NCBI RefSeq assembly: GCF_001194135.2
Contig: NC_068981.1
Coordinates: 147,205,182 to 147,269,181 of the forward strand
Length of the DNA stretch: 64,000 nucleotides
Origin: Octopus bimaculoides
Lineage: Eukaryota
Direction of reading: 5' to 3'
A program made the translations under genes and the position numbers. Of the stretch, positions 1-14,647 are shown one piece after another; within the stretch, counting starts at the first letter, position 1, and each line of letters opens with the position of its first letter. A model generated the notes under the pieces. The model was not told where the DNA came from and made no database searches. It worked only from the letters and a program-made list of their open reading frames with translations.

Positions 1-34
1 GTGTGTGTGTGTATGTAGTATAAATCGACACGCG

Positions 35-103
<69 letters not shown>

Positions 104-1229
104 GATGAAACGCGTGCTTTATAAAGCATTAAATACCATTTTTTTCTGTATTTTATTAGTATTGTTATATATGTGTGGAAACGAGTGGCTTAGAGATTAG
201 GTTCTGGTACTCAAGATCGTAAGTGATTACCATTCCTGGATCGCGCAATGCGTTGTTTTCTTGAGCAAAGCACTTCACTTGACGTTACTCAAGTCCAGTC
301 AAGTGGCAAAAATGGATAAACCTGCGACCGACCGGCGTCCTGTCCAGAACAGTTAAATATATATACGCCACAGAATTCGAAAAACCTTCCTGATCAACCT
401 TAAAGCACGAGAAAGACCTTTGATTTTTTTTTTTTTTAATATGCACATATATGACGTTAAACTGCATCCAGGCGTAGGGCCTTGGGATATGATTCCAGGC
501 TTTTGAGAAGTGTGGAACCACCTCTTAACCACTATTGTTTCTAAATCTACTCTGACCCGAGAAGTAACATCTGTTAGGGTCCCAGCTATATGTTAACTAG
601 CATGTGAACCACTGGAAGTAAAAGACCCATAGTTCTCATTAAAACTTCCTTCTAGGAGAAGATAAACTCGTATAAAAATGAAAACAAAACCTCGAAGTTC
701 AGTTGGTTTCTGGTCGTCTCAACCGCTGTTGTTGTTCCACTGGTGTTATAACTAATTGCGCTAAGAAGTGGGTTCAGTGCTGTGCAACACTTTATCGACT
801 CAAAACAAATTCACGCACAAGAACTTCTTAAACACTTGGAACATTTGCATAGACTTGCTGAGCTTAGGAAGTGGCCTTACACATTCACGAGTTGACTTCC
901 ACCATATATATGCGTGCGTGTGTGTGTGGAAATTAAGTTGTTCACTTCACAACCTTGTGGTGTTTTGTGTTCAGTCCCATTGCTTGGCATCTTAGGTTAG
1001 TGTCTTCTGCTATAGCTTGCCAATGCCTTCTGAGCTGATTTGATAGACAGGGCCCTTTTGTGTGTGTGAGAGAGAGTGCAAAATGATGATATGTCATTTA
1101 TGTTATATCCTTAACATTATGAAGATCTGTCAATTAAAAAAATTTCTTTGCTTAAAACCTGATAAATGTTTGTAACAGAAAGAGTATTCAGCTATAAAAT
1201 AGACTGCCTCAAATAAGTTTTCCTAATGT

Positions 1230-1960
1230 GCATGTATAATCCTATAGCAATGGAATGAGAGAAAAACTGCATATAAGAGATACTAGATGTTATGTGCAAG
1301 ATGGAAAGCTGTGCTGATATGCTCATGTGAAGCAGGTGAGTGATAACAGCTTGCTAATGATGTGCCAAGAACTCAGTGTGAATGGAGGAATTGCAGGAGG
1401 GTGACCCTAGAAACCTTGGGATGAAGTGGTGAAGACAAATCTCAAGATATTGAATCTCGCAAAGTCATTAACCTTTTCCTAATGCCAACCACTTTACAGA
1501 ATGTACTGTGTGCTGTGTGCTTTTAGAGGGATGCTGGGGACTTGCTTGTATGCAAGGATGACCATGTATTTACTTAGTTTGACATGTCTTCTCTGGTACA
1601 GCAAACTGCCAGGAGTTGCAGTCCCCTATCATCCCCTCTGTGAGGCCAAACATAGGAAGATCCTTTCTCACCACTTCATCCCACATCTTCTGGGTCTACC
1701 CCTTACACATGTTCCCTCCACAATTAGAGCTCAGCATTTCTTGATGCAACTGTCCTCATTCATATATATTACATAGCTATACCAATGCAGTCTTCTCTCT
1801 TGCACACTACCTCTGATACCCAGTTTTTCACTCAAATCACTTACACTCTATTGTATATGCATACTGACATTACCCATCTAGCTTCATTTCTTTCAAGCCT
1901 TTGCATGTCCTCAGCAGTTACAGCCCATGTTTCCCTGCCATGTAGCATAGCTAATATGTA
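1230..1960. mobile_element. Two degenerate RTE 3' fragments in opposite orientations
   Basis: About 1250-1490 (+) resembles 63490-63680; about 1700-1950 (-) resembles 28370-28570. Confidence 0.6.
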
Positions 1961-3147
1961 TGTATATATGTATATTAAGCTCTAAAGAAAATCATTTTCT
2001 TATTTTATTTCTTAATTATATAAAGTTTGGATAAAAGCATTGTAACAACAAGGTGTTTCTAAAGTTACTGGATAAGTATATATAGAATTAAGTAAATATA
2101 GTAAAAGCTAGCAATCGTGTAATACACACACATACGCGTGCACACATTTATTTATTTATATTTGTACATACATTATATACTAGCCAATACTAAATCTCTC
2201 GTTTCAGGTCATAAAAATAGCCTTAAGACGCTAATCAGATTACCATGAATTAAAGTATTAAAGACAATGATAATCAACAAATGTACTACGATATTTTCAA
2301 TTGAGCAGAGAGTCATTCAATGCAATCAGATGTTTTGTAAGAATGAAATTCGTTACTATTTACAGATGTATTTCATAGAAAAGCTTTATTTGGGTTGTAA
2401 GTAATTTATTTATTATTCTTTAATTGTTGAAGAGAATTAATATAAACTGTATTTTAGTTGAGAGTTGTAATGATAACGGCTCATTAAGAACATTATATAT
2501 AGTTATAGATATATATGCTCACATATACGGATATGTATGCACACTCACATACATACACATATATAAACATACATACGCTCGCACACATATACATACAAAG
2601 ATGCCCGTGTGTGCATACACACACACACGCACATATCTATGTATCTATATATATACATACACACACTCTCATACACATACATATAAATATATATATATTC
2701 ATACATAAATACATACACACACACATACACATAGATATATACATACACATATACACACACGCACACATACACATATGTACATGCACTCACATACATACAA
2801 TTATCTATTCACACATGACATGCCCAAACACAGACCTGGAATTATGTATGCTACTACTACTGGATAGCACAAAGTAAATCTGAAGGTGGACAAGCTCTAT
2901 ACTGTACTCTGCTACATTCTTAACAGAATATACCATAACTACAAGTGTATGTATGTATATATGTGTGTGTGTATACATACATATATGTGTGTGTGTATGT
3001 TTACACATATATATAAATGTGTGTCTTTCAAAATTGCACCTGTCTGATAAGTAATTTAATCTGAAACTATATGTTGAGGGTAAAGCAATAACAGTGTAGT
3101 AAGTTCATTTTTAGTCATTCAAAAACATGTAGAAGCTTCTCTTAATC

Positions 3148-3181
<34 letters not shown>

Positions 3182-3227
3182 TATTTACATATGTACATAT
3201 GCATATATTTGTATGCGTATGTACATC

Positions 3228-3281
<54 letters not shown>

Positions 3282-5010
3282 TATATTTATATACATATAT
3301 ATACATATGCTTACACAGATATATATATAGATATAGACATATATATATGGATCTGTACATATTTGAATATATAGATTGGTAAATAGATAGATATGTTAAT
3401 GAGTATGTATGTACATGCATATATAATTACAATGGACATGCACATCAGAGAAAATCAAAATAATGATGTGTACATCCATTTATAACAAATTCTGCACGCT
3501 TAATGTACATATACCATGAACATATCACACATACACACACATACATTATATGTGTAGGTGCTGGTGCTATGTAAAAGCACTCAATCCACTCAGTAAGGTG
3601 CTTGTAGTTAGGAAGGGCATCCAGCCATAAAAACCATGCAAAAATGGACAGTGAAGCCTGGTGCAGTCTTCTGCCTAGCCAGCTCCTGTCAAACCACCTA
3701 ACTCATGCCAGCATGGAGGATGAACATTAAACGATAATGATAATGTTGATGTATGTATATATCTGCGTATATGTATGCATATGTATATATGTGTGTGTAT
3801 CCATTTATATTATCAGATAGTTATGTACAAGTCAGAAAAAATGTGTGCTCAGAAGTCATAGAGTGGGTATATTTTTATATTATCAAACAACATGTAACAG
3901 GTTAGAATGGTTACTGTTAGTTTCTCTTTGACATTACCACTAGACAATATCAAAGGCTCTTCAGCTGTGCTGGCCAGAATTGCACATCCTCTTATATGCT
4001 GGATGTATTTCGACTCTGGGTTGGGTAGGTGGTCGCAAAAAAGTGGAACAAAACATAGTGAAAGATAGTAAAAGAAGAAATTATTCCTCACTGGTTGGTT
4101 GTTAGCCATGGGTAAGTTGTATATATATATATTAATTAACGTGTACAGTATTATATTTATCCTTTATAGCCAATCTTACCAATTGTTTTCGCATTAGGGG
4201 TTAAATGGAGTGTTATGTAACAGTCCAATTATGTAACCCTGCGCTCTTTAGAGGTAGCTGTTATGGAATAAAATATAACAACTGCTCTCTATTGTTGGGG
4301 GTGAATATATCATTCCCAAGTTCAAAAATGGGCATGACCGTGCCAAAATGAATTTGTGCTCCTCAGAACAGAATCTGAAAATTTTGCTTTTCAAATTCAG
4401 TAAATTTTTTAGATTGATTCTCTCTCCTCTCCAAGCAAGGTCTGCATCTTTTACTTGTCATTAAGATATGGTCCAGAATGTTCCAGCAAGTAGCTTTGCT
4501 GTCCTCATGGACACAATTTGTGCTTCATTGTTCATGCAGATGTGTGGGTGTGGGGAAAGGATTATTTGTTTTGTTTTGTTTTTACGTCAGTTTTTCCATG
4601 GGAGCATGGGTTAGACACATATATATTGTTGCAGCATTGTTTCATAGCTAGGTGCTCTTCTCATCACTAGTCCTTTCCTATTTCTGAAGCAAGAGAAGTT
4701 TTTCATTCTGTATGTCTTCAAAACTATAGAGCTACAAACAATTTATTAACAAGGAAATGACAATAGCGAATACTGACCGTAGCTCATATGATCACATCTC
4801 TCTCTCTCTCTCTCTTCCACACACATACATATATGCATACTGCGGTTAGTTTATGCAATATTTACTGGCATATAAGATGCACTCCTACTTTACAAGTACA
4901 TTTTGTGGGGAAAAAACATATTTAATATGTTCCATCATACACTCATATTCTTGTTACGCTATGTTATATGGTCACATGAGATGCATGGCAATTTTTTGAT
5001 ACATTTAAAG

Positions 5011-5392
5011 TGTTGCTGTGTGATAAGTAGCTTGCTTACCAACCACATGGTTCCAGGTTCAGTCCCACTGCATAGCACCTTGGGCAAGTGTCCTCTACTA
5101 TAGCCTCAGGCTGACCAAAGCCTTGTGAGTGGATTTGGTAGATGGAAACTGAAAGAGGCCCGTCATATATGTGTGTGTGTTTGTGTGTCTGTGTTTGTCC
5201 CCCCACTATTGCTTGACAACCAATGCTGGTGCGTTTACGTCCCTGTAACTTAGCAGTTTGGCAAGAGACCAATGGAATAAGTACTAAGCTTACAAAGAAT
5301 GAGTCCTGGGGTCGATTTGTTCGACTAAAGGCGGTACTCCAGCATGGTCGCAGTCAAATGACTGAAACAAATAAGAGAGTAAAGAATAAAAT
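5011..5392 (+). mobile_element. tRNA-derived SINE, family A (representative copy)
   Basis: A-box-like TGCTGTGTGATAAG and B-box GGTTCAGTCCC, internal (TA)(TG) tract, conserved 3' end CAGTCAAATGACTGAAAC. Other copies at about 9725-10020, 12786-13175, 55477-55880 and 63800-63965 (+), and 16895-17225, 44628-45100, 49700-50090 and 55080-55425 (-). Confidence 0.85.
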
Positions 5393-8169
5393 AAGTGTGT
5401 CTTATACACCAGCATATATGGTTTTCCTATAATTTAGCCTGAAGCCTTGATGTGAATGGAATTATAATAGAAAACACTATTTCTAATGTTTTTACAAAAG
5501 CATGAATGTTAGAAATTTAGTTTATAAATTTCCATTTTTATACTTTATCTGATTGAATTCTTATCATCTAGGTATGAATTCCAGGTATTTATTGCTGAGA
5601 ATTGGTTTATTAGATTTAGTTCTGCGTAGTTTGTGCATAGTAATCAGGTTGAATTAGTGTATTATTTGTAGCATATGGTATAAAACCAACAGCTGTTCAT
5701 ATGACTGAGACTACATATCAACATTACATCAGAGATTTAGTATTTTGGAAAATACAAGCCATTTTGTCAAGCCAAGCCATTGAATAAGCTTCTACATAGT
5801 TGATTGATCTGCTAGAAATAACAGTAATATCATCCCTCAGATCACACTGTCACATGACCACGTGATCACTTGACCAACCAGACTATCAGATGTGGTTACA
5901 CATTATTGGTCACAGTGCACTTTGTATCATTGCAGCTTTCGCATTACACCACGCCACTGGCTAGGCAAGCAAGCCAACGTTCCCACCCCGCTGATCGATA
6001 GACGGACTGGAGTAACATAAAATGAAGTGTTTTGCTCAAGAACACAATGCGTTGCCCAGTCTGGGGATCAAACCCATGATCTAACAATCATGAGTGTGAC
6101 AGCCCAACCACTATGCCAAGTGCCTTCACTATGCTTCCTTAAAAAGAAGAATACATAAAATCATATGATCTGACTTACTCCTAAGATGGATGGTCACAGC
6201 TGTAATGTTCTTAATCATAGGTCTGCTCAATTAGCTTTGACCTGTAACTAAACAACAAGAATATATTAGCCAATCTAGTCCTATGTCAAGACAAGGAGCC
6301 ACAAACACACATCACACACTGCTACCAACACTGCACCGTGTCTCCCACAACTGCCTCACCTTCTTCTCTCTTTTCATTCTCTTTTTCTACCTCTCTTGTC
6401 TTCTGGTGTCCTGTATTATAGCTTCAGACCAACCAAAACTTTATGAGTGGATTAGACAGAAACAGAAAGATTACTGTTGTGTGTGTGTGTATGCACGCGC
6501 GCATGTGTGTGTGTGTGTGTGCACACGCATGTGTGTGCATCCTTATGTTTGTGTTTGTCTTTCACTGCTTAATAGCTAATGTTGTTTCCTTTATGTCTGT
6601 AACTTAGCAGTTCAGCAAAAAGTGACTGATAGCATAAATACCAGGTTTTAAATATTTTATTCACTTTGTTTGACTAAACCCTTCAAGGCAGTTCCCTGTC
6701 ATTGTCACAGTCTAATGTCTGAAACTAATAAAAGAGTAATAAAACAATATCATGAACATTTATAAATTTATGCATCAGTTAAGAATATTATAAATGTGAA
6801 ATTTACACACGCTCCATGAGTGGATATAAACATTATTCAGATAGCCTTACTTGTTTTATTTATCTCTGTTTCTCTTCTTAAGATCTTAATTAATAGATCT
6901 AATCACAACATAATTATTTCAGCTTAATTATCTAGCATGGACATCTGCAATTATTAATAGTATTATTCATCTTAGCTCTGTATATAATAATACCAAACAT
7001 TGGTATTATTCATCTCAGCTCAGTGTTCAAAGCCAGTGAGCTATTGATGTTGCAGCTATTTCTGTGTGACCATGAGAGAACCATGTGTACATAACATGCT
7101 TGCCTCTTTCAAATGCACACACACAAAATATGACTAACACTAGAAAGAGAAGGCTGATAATGGAAAATTTTCAGAACACACTTGAATTAACACTTGAAGA
7201 AATGCTTTTGCTTTGGTTGAAAAAGAAAATGAAGTAGATACATTCAAAATTATTTGTTTCTAAAGTTAAAAGTGACTCTCTTTTTCTTCCTCTCTTCTCT
7301 GTTATCCTCCTGATTTAAAATGAAGACAATTGAATGATATAATTAATTAATTGACTTACCTAATGTTCTATTACTCCATATTGAAGATGAACAATGTACA
7401 GAAACAGGTTTGTGCTTGGATAAGGAATTATATATAACTTAAAAAGATATACTTGAGACAACAAAGAAAAAAGAAATTGAATAATTTTAATATGCTTTTT
7501 TTTCCTTCATACAAAAAAATGCACAAAATTATAATAAACTACTTATAATATGAAATACAAAAGTATCAATCACTGAGGTGAGAGGTTTCCATTTCCACAA
7601 CTTTGAGCCTAACATGGTTTATTCATAGATGTTGGTAGTGACAAAGTGTATTTATGAATGTTAGTCCTTAAAAGGAACAAAAAGACCCCATTAGATAATT
7701 CACTCACCTCTTTGGAAGGAACATACACACATACATGCACAAGCAATATGACTGACTCTAGAAAAGTGAGGTTTATTAATGATGTTGATAGTTCCTTTAT
7801 TTGCAGATGAAAAAAATACTTTGTATATTTATATCAGCAAAGAAAATTTGAATTAAATCAACGACGCAATATATTTATAGCCACCACATACTTTGTTCTA
7901 ACTTGTTTGGTTCAGCTTACACAAAAGGCTTAAGAAATTTTCCTTTCAAAACCAGTCTATCTTCATTTGACCATCTAGAACAATATAAGTAGCTTAACAT
8001 TTCTTTTAAAATCTTTCTTTGCAATATCTCCTTAACAGTAAGTTTATTGAACTAACTATAACCTTGAACAAGCTGTCTGTGATAATAATAAAACCATGCC
8101 AGCAAGGAAAACAGACACTGAATGATGATGATGATGATGATGATGGTAGTAGCTCTCATTATTATTATT

Positions 8170-8515
8170 AAGATGGCAAGCTGGCAGAATCATTAGCACC
8201 CTGGGCAAAATGCTAGGCAGCATTTTGTCTATCCTTACATTCTGAGTTCAAATTCCACTGGAGTCAACTTTACCTTTCATTGTTTTGGGGTCAATGAAAT
8301 AAATACCAGTTATGCACTGGGGTTGATGTAATCGACTATCCCCTCCCTGAAAAAATTTCAGGCCTTGTACCTATAGTGGAAAAGATTGTTGTTGTTGTTA
8401 TTATTATTATGGCGGTGAGCTGGCAGAATAGTTAGCACACCAGGCAAGATGTTTAGCGGCATTTCGTCTTTATATTCTGAGTTCAAATTCCGCTGAGGTC
8501 AGCTTTACCTTTCAT
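8170..8515 (+). mobile_element. Two tandem copies of tRNA-derived SINE family B
   Basis: TGGCAGAATCATTAG A-box and GAGTTCAAATTCC B-box. Other copies at 13205-13620, 13975-14205 and 17225-17935 (-), and 63270-63480 (+). Confidence 0.8.
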
Positions 8516-8885
8516 ATGACATTGTAGGTTCTATGTGAGAAACTGGATCCAGTCAGTTTGAATATTAAGCATATAGAATATTTTGACTTGATATGGCTAG
8601 GTTTAATGTGTATTTCTTGTTATTTTTGTAATGATTTTTACCTTTTGTTTTTAATACCTTTGAAATTTAAATATGTTTTAGGTTATGACAGAAGTTAAAA
8701 GGAAGTTTGAAATATGACCAGTTTTTGGCTTACATCAATACAGCTTGAATTTAAGAATAACAGAGAGACCTACAGAATACTTGGAAATTTTCCCAATACT
8801 TCCAAAACTCTAAAAACAAAAGATTAAAAAATAAAGAGAAACAGAGAAAAACCATGACATAAAACTGAAAGGTGTGAATTTGAAG

Positions 8886-8989
8886 ATGATACGACAATCT
8901 AATTTAACAAATAGACTTTTGGTTCATTATAATTTGAACCGAAGTGAATACGTTTCACTTGTTACTGATATATGGTTAAAAAGACAAAG
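8886..8989 (+). CDS. Putative first coding segment of an unidentified membrane-protein gene
   Basis: MIRQSNLTNRLLVHYNLNRSEYVSLVTDIWLKRQ(R); phase-2 donor AAG|GTACGT matches the phase of the next exon. The start codon assignment is tentative. Confidence 0.55.
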
Positions 8990-11329
8990 GTACGTAAATA
9001 TCAGTGAATCACTAGATATCATTTAAATTATATTTGAGGTCAAATTACACGTTAGAAATTCTTATCACTACCACCACCTTCATCATCATCATCATCTATG
9101 GGTTGCGCAGATCCCACTGTGTCTCCCTATCAGTTGTAGTCACTCTGGTACACTCATCATCATCATCATCATCATCATCATCGTTTAACGTCTGCTTTCC
9201 ATAGCCATGCCTACAAGAGTCAAGGCTACTGTCCTCTCCTTCCCAGTCTAAATTTTGTAAATTGCTTCATTTTCAATACACCATCTCACATGGTGTGCTG
9301 AACACTGAAATTGTAAAATGATCATAGTGCTTGAAAAGACATATCAAGTTAAGGTTGCCCTTGCATACAGGCTCGCCCCCTGCAACTCTCTCCAGCTGAG
9401 CATCCCTAATCTTGTGGGCTTGTAGGTGCTGGTGCCACATAAAAAGCACCCGTGCCAGTGCTGCATAAAAGCATCCAGTACGCTCTGTAAAGCGGTTGGC
9501 CTTAGGAAGGGCATCAAACTGTAGAAACCATGCCAAAACAGACATAGAGCCTGAACAGCCCTTCAGCTGGATCAGTTCCTGTCAAACCGTCCAACCCATG
9601 CCATCATGGAAAATGGATGTTAAATGATGCTGATAAAATATCAATTTCTTTTGATAACACTTTTTAGCACATTTATGCCTTTCCAAAGACCATCAGCTGT
9701 GTAAATGAAATAAAATATCTATATATAGGTGCTGGCATGTTATGTAGTAAAGAAGCTTGCTTTGCAACTATGTGGCTTCAAGTTCAGTCCCATTGCATGA
9801 CACCTTGAGCAAGTATCTTCTTACTATAGCTCTGGGCCAACCAATGCTTTGTGAATGAATTTCATAGAAGAGAACTGCAAGGAAGCCTGTCATATATAGT
9901 GTGTGTGCACACCTTTGTGTTTCCACCACTTGACAACTGGTGTTGGTTTGTTAATGTCTCTGTAACTTAGAATAAATACCAGGCTTAAAAAGTAAGCACT
10001 GAAGTCAATTTGTTCGATGAACCCTTGTCCACGGAGGCAATGACTGAGACCGTTGGCATTATATTGTTGTGCTTGAGAAGAAGACCCATCAAGCCAAGTA
10101 AAATTGCAGTCATGGCAGATACCTATGTCACACAAATGGCACATAAAAGCACCTTTCAAGCATTGAGCCTCATGGAAGCACAGACCGAAACCATTTGGCA
10201 TTATGCTGGGCTTTGAGTGTTGGACCACATGAAAGCACAGACCGAAACCATTTGGCATTATGCTGTGCTTGAGAAGACACATCAAGCCAAGTAAAACCAC
10301 ACTTGTGGCAGATACCAGTGTTGAGCAAATGGCACCTCTGCCGGTAACATGTAAAAACACCCATTACATTCTCGGAGTGGTTAGCATTAGGAAGGGCATC
10401 CAACCATAGAAACCATGCCAAAACAAACTGGAGTCTGGTGCAGCCTTCCAGCTTGCTAGCCCTGGTCAAACCATCCAACCCATGCCGGCATGGACAACAG
10501 ACGTTAAATGATTATGATGAAGACTTCAAAAAATAATTTCATTAAAGAAAACATTTTTGTTTTGTTTGTTTTCTTTTAGTTCTTAACCATTATTATTTAA
10601 TACCAAGCATTGTTGACATAGTGTTTACATATCTTTAGAGCTGCGGATTGTCCTGCTTCTGATAAGCATTGAAATATGAAATAACAACTGAACCTATTGT
10701 TAGCCACCTTAATACAGGCAGAGAAAATTACGTGTTTTGTACTGAAGCAAAATACAGCCTTTTTATCTTCTTACATGTTTCAGTTATTAAACTACATCCA
10801 CGCTTTGAAGGATTTTAGTCAAACAGATCAGACCCAGTACTTAAATGTTTTTTGTTGTTGTTGTTAAACAGGAAATTGACCATGTGGAGGACAGGAAATG
10901 GAGCATGTGGCGATTAGAAATTGGCTGGATTGTTGGTAGGGAGATGTAGGAAGGGGCAGCATGCGCAAGTATATAGTTCTATATGTGGGTGTGTAGACGC
11001 AATGATATGATATGATTTTGCGTGCATGTGTGTATTGATGCAAGTGTACACATCTGTACATGGGCATGCATGTCTACACACACACGCTTGGACAAACATG
11101 CACATGCATACGCACACATACATGCATACACACACATATTCATTCATATGTACATATGTATATTTGCATACATGTATGCATGCATACCAGTGTGTGCACG
11201 CACATGTGCATTCACATGCATGTGTGTGCACATGCACAAAACAAGCATTGAGGATTGGCAAGCATTGGGGATTGGTATGCATTGGGGGTTGGTAAACATT
11301 GAGGATTGATAAATGGCAGTCCTGCTCAT

Positions 11330-12065
11330 GGAGTTGGTTGGTGTGTTTGACCTTGGTGCAGGTGGTGCAGAGTACCAGCTGGTGCTAAGGTTATGTTGGT
11401 GGAAACTTCTAGGTTAAAAGTGGGGTTATACCATATAATTTTTCCTTCTTATAATCCTTTTGGGGTGGGGAAAGGGTGTTTAGAGGTCGTCCACATATGT
11501 GAGCTTCTCAGTAAACCCGCTCCTCGCCAAAGCATCTATTGGCTGAGAGATTAGATAATCATTTACTAATGCCTGGAACCAAGTTTCTAATTACAGTGGA
11601 GGGATGGTTTGAGCTCTTGTATATGTATACTGTATCCTTGTTAGGCTTCCTGTATGGGTAATACTTTCCTGTACTGAGGTCTAAGGTTACATCCAAGAAA
11701 TCATCTATAGTCAAGACAGGCTGAACTCCTTAAATATTTTTATCAAGTCCTTCCTGAACCTATCCATGGTGTGGCTGTTCATATGGTTTGAGATAGCCAG
11801 GCCGTCATCCTTATAGAGGGCTAACTTTTGTGGGTGGGTATGTCTCTTGAAAGTATCCAAAATGTATAACCTGACGAGGTCAGCGATTTCAGCCCTGTCA
11901 AAGCTCCCCATAGAGACGTTTAACAATGCATCACCTTCTTTTTTCACTCAGAAGGAACTGTCATGGGCCAGAATTGATTTTCTAGCATTCATGATAATGC
12001 TGTCAAGATCACTAATTCTGGTGTATTGCTCAGCAAAAGTTAGGGCCTTCAGAAGGAGGGGCTTA
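11330..12065 (-). mobile_element. Penelope-like element, degenerate RT fragment
   Basis: Translates to ...LLNVSMGSFDRAEIADLVRLYIL...LALYKDDGL...RFRKDLIKIFKEFSL... and, further downstream, KIIWYNPTF, as in Penelope RT (MGSxDGAE, YRDDG); frameshifts and stops. Confidence 0.8.
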
Positions 12066-12564
12066 GATACACACACACACACATATAAATTCATATTTAT
12101 ATATATATATATATATATGATGATGATGACGATGAGCTTTCATTCGTAAAAACCCTGCCAAAACAAACAGTAAAGCCCGATGCAGTCTTCTGCCTCACTA
12201 GCCCCTGTCAACCCTTCCAACCCATCCCAACATGGAAAGCACATTAAATGATGATGGGCTTCCATACCATTTCTGTCTTCCAATTTTACTGATAAGGCAT
12301 TGGTTGGTCCAGGGCTATAGTAGTAGACACTTGCCCAAGGATTGAACCTGAAACCATGTGGTTGCAAAGCAAGCATCTTAACTACACAGCCATGCCTACA
12401 CCAAATCTGGCAATATTTGTCATAAGGTTTAAACTCATTACAAAAAGATTCAGCTGTAACTTTACAACCATTGTATTGTATTGTATTTCACTTATTTTCC
12501 TGAAGTTTTGTCTCATTTTAAATTCAGATTCTGCATTTTATCTTAATGTATTTTTTTTCCACAG

Positions 12565-12713
12565 GTCACGTGATGCAATCTGGTCGTTCCTTTGTGTAGT
12601 TTTCTTATTGGTGCTAATGATGTGGGGTGTATGGTATTATGGCCTTTGCAATCGTAAATCAAAAAGAAATGCCCACAACTTTGAAGACACATGTCATTAT
12701 ACCACAGTCAACA
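12565..12713 (+). CDS. Transmembrane-encoding exon of unidentified gene
   Basis: Strong acceptor TTTTTTTTCCACAG and donor GTAAGG; 149 nt; SRDAIWSFLCVVFLLVLMMWGVWYYGLCNRKSKRNAHNFEDTCHYTTVN has a hydrophobic helix followed by a basic stop-transfer cluster. Confidence 0.78.
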
Positions 12714-12785
12714 GTAAGGTTTCTTTTGATATTCTCTTTATTTTTTTTACTCATCATATAGAACAAACAAAAAAAATAAATATAT

Positions 12786-13175
12786 ATAGGTGCAGAAGTG
12801 GCTGTGTGATAAGTAGCTTGCTTACCAACCACATGGTTCTGGGTTCAGTCCCACTGCGTGGCACCTTGGGCAAGTATCTTCTACTATAGCCTTGGGCTGA
12901 CCAAAGCCTTGTGAGTGGATTTGGTAGACGGAAACTGAAAGAAGCTGTCGTATATATGTATATATATATATATATATGTGTGTTTGTGTTTGTTCCCCCA
13001 CCATCGCTTGACAACCGATACTGGTGTGTTTACGTCCCCGTAACTTAGTGGTTCAGCAAAAGTACTAGGCTTCCAAAGAATAAGTCCTGGGGGCGATTTG
13101 CTCGACTAAAGGCGGTGCTCCAGCATGGCTGCAGTCAAATGACTGAAACAAGTAAAAAAGAGTTAAAGAGAGTAT
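12786..13175 (+). mobile_element. tRNA-derived SINE family A, near full length
   Basis: Co-linear with 5011-5392 and 55477-55880. Confidence 0.85.
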
Positions 13176-13616
13176 AGGAAAAACACTATCGCAAAATGAT
13201 AATAATAATAATAGTTTCAAATTTTGGCACAAGGCCAGAAGTTTTGAGGTGGGGAGTCAATTACATTGATTCCAGTGTTCAACAGGTACTTATTTTATTG
13301 ACTCCAAAAGGATGAAAGGCAATGTTGACCACCACTAAACAATTTGCTTGGCATGCTAATGATTCTGCTAGCTCACCACTTAAAGAATGATAATAATAAT
13401 AATACTTTCTACTGAAGGCACAAGGCCTGAAATTTGGTAGGAGGGGACTAGTCAATTACCTCAACATCAGTGTTTCACTGGTACTTAATTTATCGACCCC
13501 CAAAAGGATGAAAGGCAGAGTTGACCTCAGTGGAATTTGGACTCAGAATGTAAAAACAAATAAAATGCCACTCAGCATTTTGCCTGGTCTGCTAACAATT
13601 CTGCCAGCTTGCCACC

Positions 13617-13651
<35 letters not shown>

Positions 13652-14647
13652 CATCATCATCATCGTTTAATGTCCGCTTTCCATGCTGGCATGGGTTAGA
13701 TGGTTTAACTGAAAACTGGTAAGCCAGAGAGCTACACCAGGTTCCCGTCTGAATTTGGTTTTGTTTCTGCAACCTAATGCCCTTCCCAACACCAACCACT
13801 CCAAGAATGTAGTGGATGCTTTTATGTGTCATTGATGTGACACCAGCATTGGTCACGACTACAATCTCACTTGGCTTGACAGGTCTACACAAGCATGGTA
13901 TATTGCCGAAGATCTTGGTCACCTGTCACTATCTCCACAAAGCCCAATGCTCAAATGGTGCTTTTTACAATAATTTTAAATTTTGGCACAAGGCTAGCAA
14001 CTTCGAGTGAGGGGTAATTTGATTACATTGACCCCAGTGCTCAACTGGTACTTATTTTATTGACCCTGAAAGGCTGCGTTTGAACTCAGAATGTAAAGTC
14101 TGAAGAAATATCACTAAGCATTTTGTGCCGCTCAGTAATGATTCTGCCAGCTCGCTGCCTTAATAATAATAATAATAATGATGATGATGATGATGATGAT
14201 GATAATTTTTTTATCTGATCAGTGTATTTAATATATAATTCACAACCAATGATATAACAAACATCAGTAACAAACATAACATTGTATGTTTTTCTCAATT
14301 ATTGGTCATGTGATATGTTGTATGTTCTTTATATGTTGTCACATGATTTGATCTGTCATCTGTGATTGAATGGTTGAGAAGACTTTGATTGGCCTGGGGC
14401 TTTAGTAGAAGACATGCCCTTGGTGCCTTACAGGGGGACTGAAGAGAAACTATGAGGCTGAAAAACAAACTTCTAAATCACACAGCCAATATATACTTTT
14501 TTACTTCATTATTTGCAAACATAAATCACAATTTTATATTTTGGTTGTTTAACATGTAAGATTTAGTAAATTGAAATTAAAATTGAGAAAATAAATAATT
14601 AAACTTTCTTTTTATCCCTCTCTTCATTTTTGTTTGCTCCCTGACAG

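Noticed and set aside
98-125. TTGATGAAACGCGTG resembling a collapsed hammerhead core with a CGCG stem III
   Set aside because: No CTGANGA core, no stem II and no stem I.
3900-4111. Exon-like segment ending CATGG|GTAAGT; considered as a coding exon whose TAG stops might be recoded by A-to-I editing
   Set aside because: All three frames contain stops at about random frequency and no phase-compatible neighbouring exon was found. It may be a UTR exon but cannot be supported.
5011-5100. tRNA-like A and B boxes at SINE heads (also 8170, 12790, 30390 and 55480)
   Set aside because: They continue into repeated SINE bodies and do not fold into full cloverleafs, so they are not tRNA genes.
6421-6477. 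Possible small exon (SDQPKLYEWIRQKQKDYC)
   Set aside because: Plausible acceptor, but the donor lies in a (GT)n tract and the phase does not link to the supported exons.
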